This document shows positions 59,450 to 64,000 of a DNA stretch of 64,000 nucleotides, in pieces. The stretch covers positions 1 to 64,000 of the forward strand of contig CBDBZY010000018.1 of the NCBI GenBank assembly GCA_965213685.1, given 5' to 3'. A program made the translations under genes and the position numbers. Within the stretch, counting starts at the first letter, position 1; every line of letters begins with the position of its first letter. The notes under the pieces were generated by a model. The model worked only from the letters and a program-made list of their open reading frames with translations, ran no database searches and was not told where the DNA came from. Source of the DNA: a bacterium. GTDB taxonomy: Bacteria > UBA8248.

Positions 59450-62400
59450 ATGAGTACCTCAGGGAGGGTGTGTCCTTGTGGTGGCTGCAGGACACAAGGT
59501 TCAAGATCCCTCGTGTCAACATGCACTGTTCCATTGAGTCAGTCAGAGCTGAGAAGAGTCCACGGTGGATGGGTACATTACGCTGCCTACTGTACTTGTA
59601 CAGGTACACATTACGTGTACAGTATATGTACATGTACATGTACATCATTTACAGTAGACGTCAAGAAAAATGTAACTGTTACAACATAGTACACTAGCAT
59701 TATAGTACTTGTACATACTACACTGTCAACTTCGAGTGTAGTTGCAACATAGTACGCTAGTGTATATAGCTAATTCTGAAGTCTACTGTACATGACTGTG
59801 TGGTGTGCAAGGGTATCACACTTGTGTATGCATGTATGTTCCATGTGCAGTGTGCACTTACAGGAACAATCAGTAAGGTACATGTACATTAAAAGAAAGA
59901 AGGAAGAAACAGATATATTTATATATTTATATAATATTTTCTGTAGGTAAATGATACGCAAATAGTTTTAAATTCTCCCTTGGTGTGCAAGGAAGAAACG
60001 GATATATTTATATATTTATATAATATTTTCTGTAGGTAAATGATACACAATTAGTTTTAATTCTCCCTTGGTGTGCATGCAACAGAGGGCTACTGTATTT
60101 GTGTGTGTGTGTGTGTCTCCACTGGAGCTAATCTGCGGACTGGTGCTAGTAAATGTGTAACTGAATGTACTAGCGGCTTGAGCGGCACAGTTTCACTAAA
60201 AAGGCATTTTCTCTAAAACTGCTTCGTTAGAAAGTTAAAAGTAGCATTAAAAACTTACCAGGACCAAGCCAGCTCAGGTCCACCTTTATGTTCATGTTGC
60301 AATGTTTCATCTACAGTATGGCTCAAAAAAAGTTAACATTTTGTCTCCGTTGCACGGAATGGAATATACTGTACATGTACATGTACCTCTTCATTTCACG
60401 CCCATAAATCTAGTGTGATAATGGTTCTGCCTAAGCGCATGAGTGTACAAGGCTAGTAGGTGCACACACATATATACATAGGCCCTAGAACAAAGACAAG
60501 ACAGGACACTAGACTATAGCCCAGTTAAATGGACTTAAACCAACAATGCTTGCTTCATCTGTGCAGACTGTTGTAGCATGCAATGCAACTGCGCTGAGGG
60601 TTTGTACTTTAGTGCTTAATTTTTTATGTAGTAAATGCATATGTACATGTTACATATATTTATTTTTCTAAGCCGTTGAGGCTATTCTCCAAATATTAAA
60701 CTATATTTTTCTAAGCTGTTGAGGTTGTTGTCTATTCTATAGTGTGTGATTCTTCTTTCTTTCTTCTCTGTTCTTTTCTTTCTTTCTTTTAAGTTGTGGT
60801 GCACTATGCACGTGATTGTTCATGTACATACATGTACATAATTGTGGTGGACTGTACTACTCTCTCCTTCCTCACAGATCTGACCGTCCTCTACATCAAC
60901 CTGGTTACAGAGGCTCTCACCCCTGCCCTCTATGCAGCCACTGAGCTCACCTACTCTGCCTCTCTCTCAGCCACTCCTCGAGGCCTCACCCTCTCCATCT
61001 CAGTCTTCAGTGATCAGGACGTGATGGAAAGGTTCCTGAACACTGCCCTCACTCATGAGTCTACATATGATGTTGGCACATGTACATGTACATTACTATG
61101 CTACATGTATACATGTACAGTACCTGACTTGTACAATTGCACGTACATATACATATATGTGTGGAGCCTGTCCGTGGATGTTATTTATGCTACATGACAC
61201 ATGTTCGTACATGTACATGTACTAATTTGCTCTCATTCTTCCATAGAGCTGAGGAACACCTCTAGTATGGCTCATCTCTTTGATCAAGTGAGAGAGGCCC
61301 GTCAGCAGTACCTGATGAACTATGGACTTACCACTCTGCCATACCGATACATCTACCAGTACCTCCAACCGTAAGTACCACACACACATTCCTGTGCACC
61401 TTCCATATACATGCACATGTACATGAACAATCAAGTATATAGAGCACTACTTAGAAAGAATGAGAAGGGAAAAAAAGAGAAAGAAAGAAAATTACAACAA
61501 CCCCAATGGCTTAGAAAAATATAGTCTTTACAGCCTCAACGACTTAGAAAAATAGAATGTACACAGCGGTTATGGTTTAGGAAAATAGAATCTGTACAGC
61601 CTCCACGGCTTAGGAAAATAGAATCTGTACAGCCTCTACGGTTTAGAAAAATAGAATCTGTACATCCTTTATGGCTTAGAAAATAGAATCTGTACAGCCT
61701 CTAGGGCTTAGAAAAATATAATCTTTTCAACATTGTAGCTTAGAAAATTAGTTCATACAACTAAGAAAGATACACACAAACTAACTACAACAAATTAGCT
61801 TAACAGATGGTCCACATGCCCAACCTTGAGAGCTGGGAATGGGGGTCGAAGATCTTTTACAGTGCACCAACTCTCACCACCCATGTGGACCATCTATCAG
61901 CTACACAAGACATACAGGACAAAGACACACAGCAAACATCCTGACCTTCTCCTACTGACTCTGGTGATTCAAAAATGCATGCACAGTATGTATAGCAGCT
62001 GGAGGTGTTATTCTTAGCACTATATAGACAGGCCCGTAGCCAGGGGGGGTTCGGGGGGTTCGATCGAACCCCCTAAATAATACTTACTTGGAGCGCCCAT
62101 GGTGACTTCTCTTACACGATGCATGCGTACGCGCTACGCGTAGAGTAAAGATGGCTAGCGGAGCTATACTCATGGAGACTTCAATTTAGTAGCGTACTTT
62201 TAGAATCAAATAACATTTTTCATTGTACTGGTTTATTGACGCCTACTGTACATGCATGTAAATGTACATACATAATTATAGTCTCTTTCTTCTCACCCTT
62301 AACCACTGCTTGTGTTCTTACCTTCTTCTCTCCCTTCTTTATGTCTCCTCCTGTGCATTCTCTTCCTCTGCTCTCTCCCATCTTCTCCCCCATCTTCTGT

Positions 62401-62624
62401 CCCATCTTCTGTCCCATCTATTCCCTCCCTTTTCTTCCTTTGATGTCACCATCTCCTCCTTTTCCTCTCACAGTGTGATAATGGAGAGACCATACTGGAA
62501 ACATGAACAGTTGTTTAATGCGACACTTTCAGTATCATTTGAAGATGTTGTTACACATGTAGAGCAGTTGTTCTCTAATGCCAGTGTCATTTGCTTTGCT
62601 CATGGGAATATTGCTAAAGACCAG
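59450..62624 (+). pseudogene. Four exons of an M16A metallopeptidase (insulinase/nardilysin-like) middle region; one splice donor damaged
   Basis: Exons 59450-59572, 60878-61054, 61247-61370 and 62474-62624 in matching phases: LWWLQDTRFKIPR, LYINLVTEAL..LYAATEL..GLTLSISVFSD, SFEDVV..ICFAHGNIAKDQ; the donor after 61054 reads ATGAGT. Confidence 0.7.
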
Positions 62625-62635
62625 GTAACATCAAG

Positions 62636-64000
62636 AGGCGCGTTTACCCGGCACATTTTGATCCGGATTTGAATCCGGATTCTAATCCGCGGAAACACGA
62701 TAGCGTGTAAACGGGGTGCGGTTTGTAACTCCGATGCGTTCGTCCACGTGCATACCAGGAGTTGCTCCAATTAGTTTTTCTGTCTCTCCTACTGCCGCTG
62801 GACTGGATTTGAGTCTGCTGGGGGTGTACCAGCTTTGCAAATGTTCACGGTGGAGCCTTGAACTGTGAGTGAACCTTAATGTAACGATCTGTTGTACGTT
62901 TCTACTTGTGGCATGAGTCCATCCGCATGTCTGCCGTGTTCGCCTACAAGAGCCTGCTGTTGTTGCCGCGCAAACGCTCATGAGCTATTGGTTTAACCAA
63001 TCGTTTCTCTCGATCCGTTCATGCGCACGATTTTAAATTGAAAGTGCTTGGCAACGGCGATAGTACCGTAGATCGGGAAATTTTCGTCGTTAAAAATATT
63101 TCGTCGGTGCCTCTAACGTCGAAATTTTAACACGCGAAATATTTTCCACGTCTAAAAATAAGAACACGCGAAATATTTTCCATGTCGAATAATAAGATCG
63201 CGAAGCACTTCAGCGAGTAGCCTCGTACCCAGGCTTTCAACGCGGGGGCCTGGGTACGAGGCTATTCAGAGTACACGTGTGAAGCAAATGGCTTTGTTGA
63301 GCCAATCGGTTCTCTACCTGATCCTAGAGGAGACTCGATCCATGTACGTAAGTGTACAGATACCGTAAACGCCGTTAAAATTTTGTCAGAACAACTCCCA
63401 ACTCTACACCAAGGGTGAGAGGGGTGATCTCTTTGAGGATAGGACGGCAATTATAAATGCCACCAGAGTACCTGTTGTGGTTCTGGGAGATCCAGCATAC
63501 CCCCTACGGCTGTGGTTGATGAAACCATTAATTAACACTGGGTCTCTTTCTACTGAACAACGACGGTTCAACTATCGTTTAAGTAGGGCCAGGGTTCCCA
63601 GAAACTGTCAAAAATGGTGCAATCACATTTACATGCATTTCTCTGCTCTCTCCCTCTGCTCTCTCTTTTTTTTACTATGAGACGGTGTAGCCTTACTCTT
63701 CAATTTTTTTGGAGAGGGCATATCAGCATCATGTTGTGATTCTTCATATGGAAGCAAAACAAATAAAAGTACATATTACTAACCGTGAACATGTTTCTCC
63801 TTACTCTCAGGCTGTGATGCTTCATCTGAAAGTCCGGAACCAACAGTGGAGGAGAAAGAGGCTGAGTAATACCCTTAAAAATTACCAAGATGAACCTACC
63901 ATTTCTTCTGTCATCATCTCCCTCCTCCGTTGGTTCAACAGAGATTCCTCCAGGACTCACATCCAGGACAAGAGGGGGAGCAGAAGCTGGTCGATGCCCC
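62636..64000 (+). mobile_element. PIF/Harbinger element (partial) with nested small repeats
   Basis: AGGCGCGTTTAC start with gatccggatt subterminal repeats; 63450-63595 encodes VVVLGDPAYPLRLWLMKP..EQRRFNYRLSRAR (HARBI1-like). Confidence 0.7.

Noticed and set aside
59905-60078. ~88-bp tandem duplication
   Set aside because: Ordinary intronic duplication without further structure

Overview
Repeat-rich, intron-containing animal DNA. It is probably from a demosponge, inferred from the gene families, the very frequent TACATGTA motif and the TG/GA microsatellites. Host genes: (1) a minus-strand multi-exon Roc-COR GTPase-ZU5-(UPA-like)-death-domain gene (~10040..5050); (2) a minus-strand five-exon kelch-repeat gene (31733..14654) whose 14.4-kb intron holds nested DNA transposons; (3) orphan or damaged exons of an LRR protein, a Sin3 PAH domain and an M16A (insulinase/nardilysin-like) peptidase. 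The most striking structure is a 7.7-kb element (20360..28077) with an exact 8-bp TSD, imperfect TIRs and inverted 82/83-bp subterminal tandem arrays. It encodes a KDZ/Zisupton-type transposase with an inserted chromodomain-like segment and, divergently, a spliced DUF3987-like P-loop protein. It is nested in a 12.3-kb CACTG-terminated element with a 2-bp TSD. Also present: a Penelope fragment with a hammerhead ribozyme, a second hammerhead, an AcademH-like MITE with a RecQ-helicase remnant, four decayed LINEs, Harbinger remnants, tRNA-derived SINE-like heads and several MITEs. One duplicated block has two halves that are contiguous at ~45 kb but 33 kb apart at the window start. Domain calls come from motif recognition by eye; no database searches were run.
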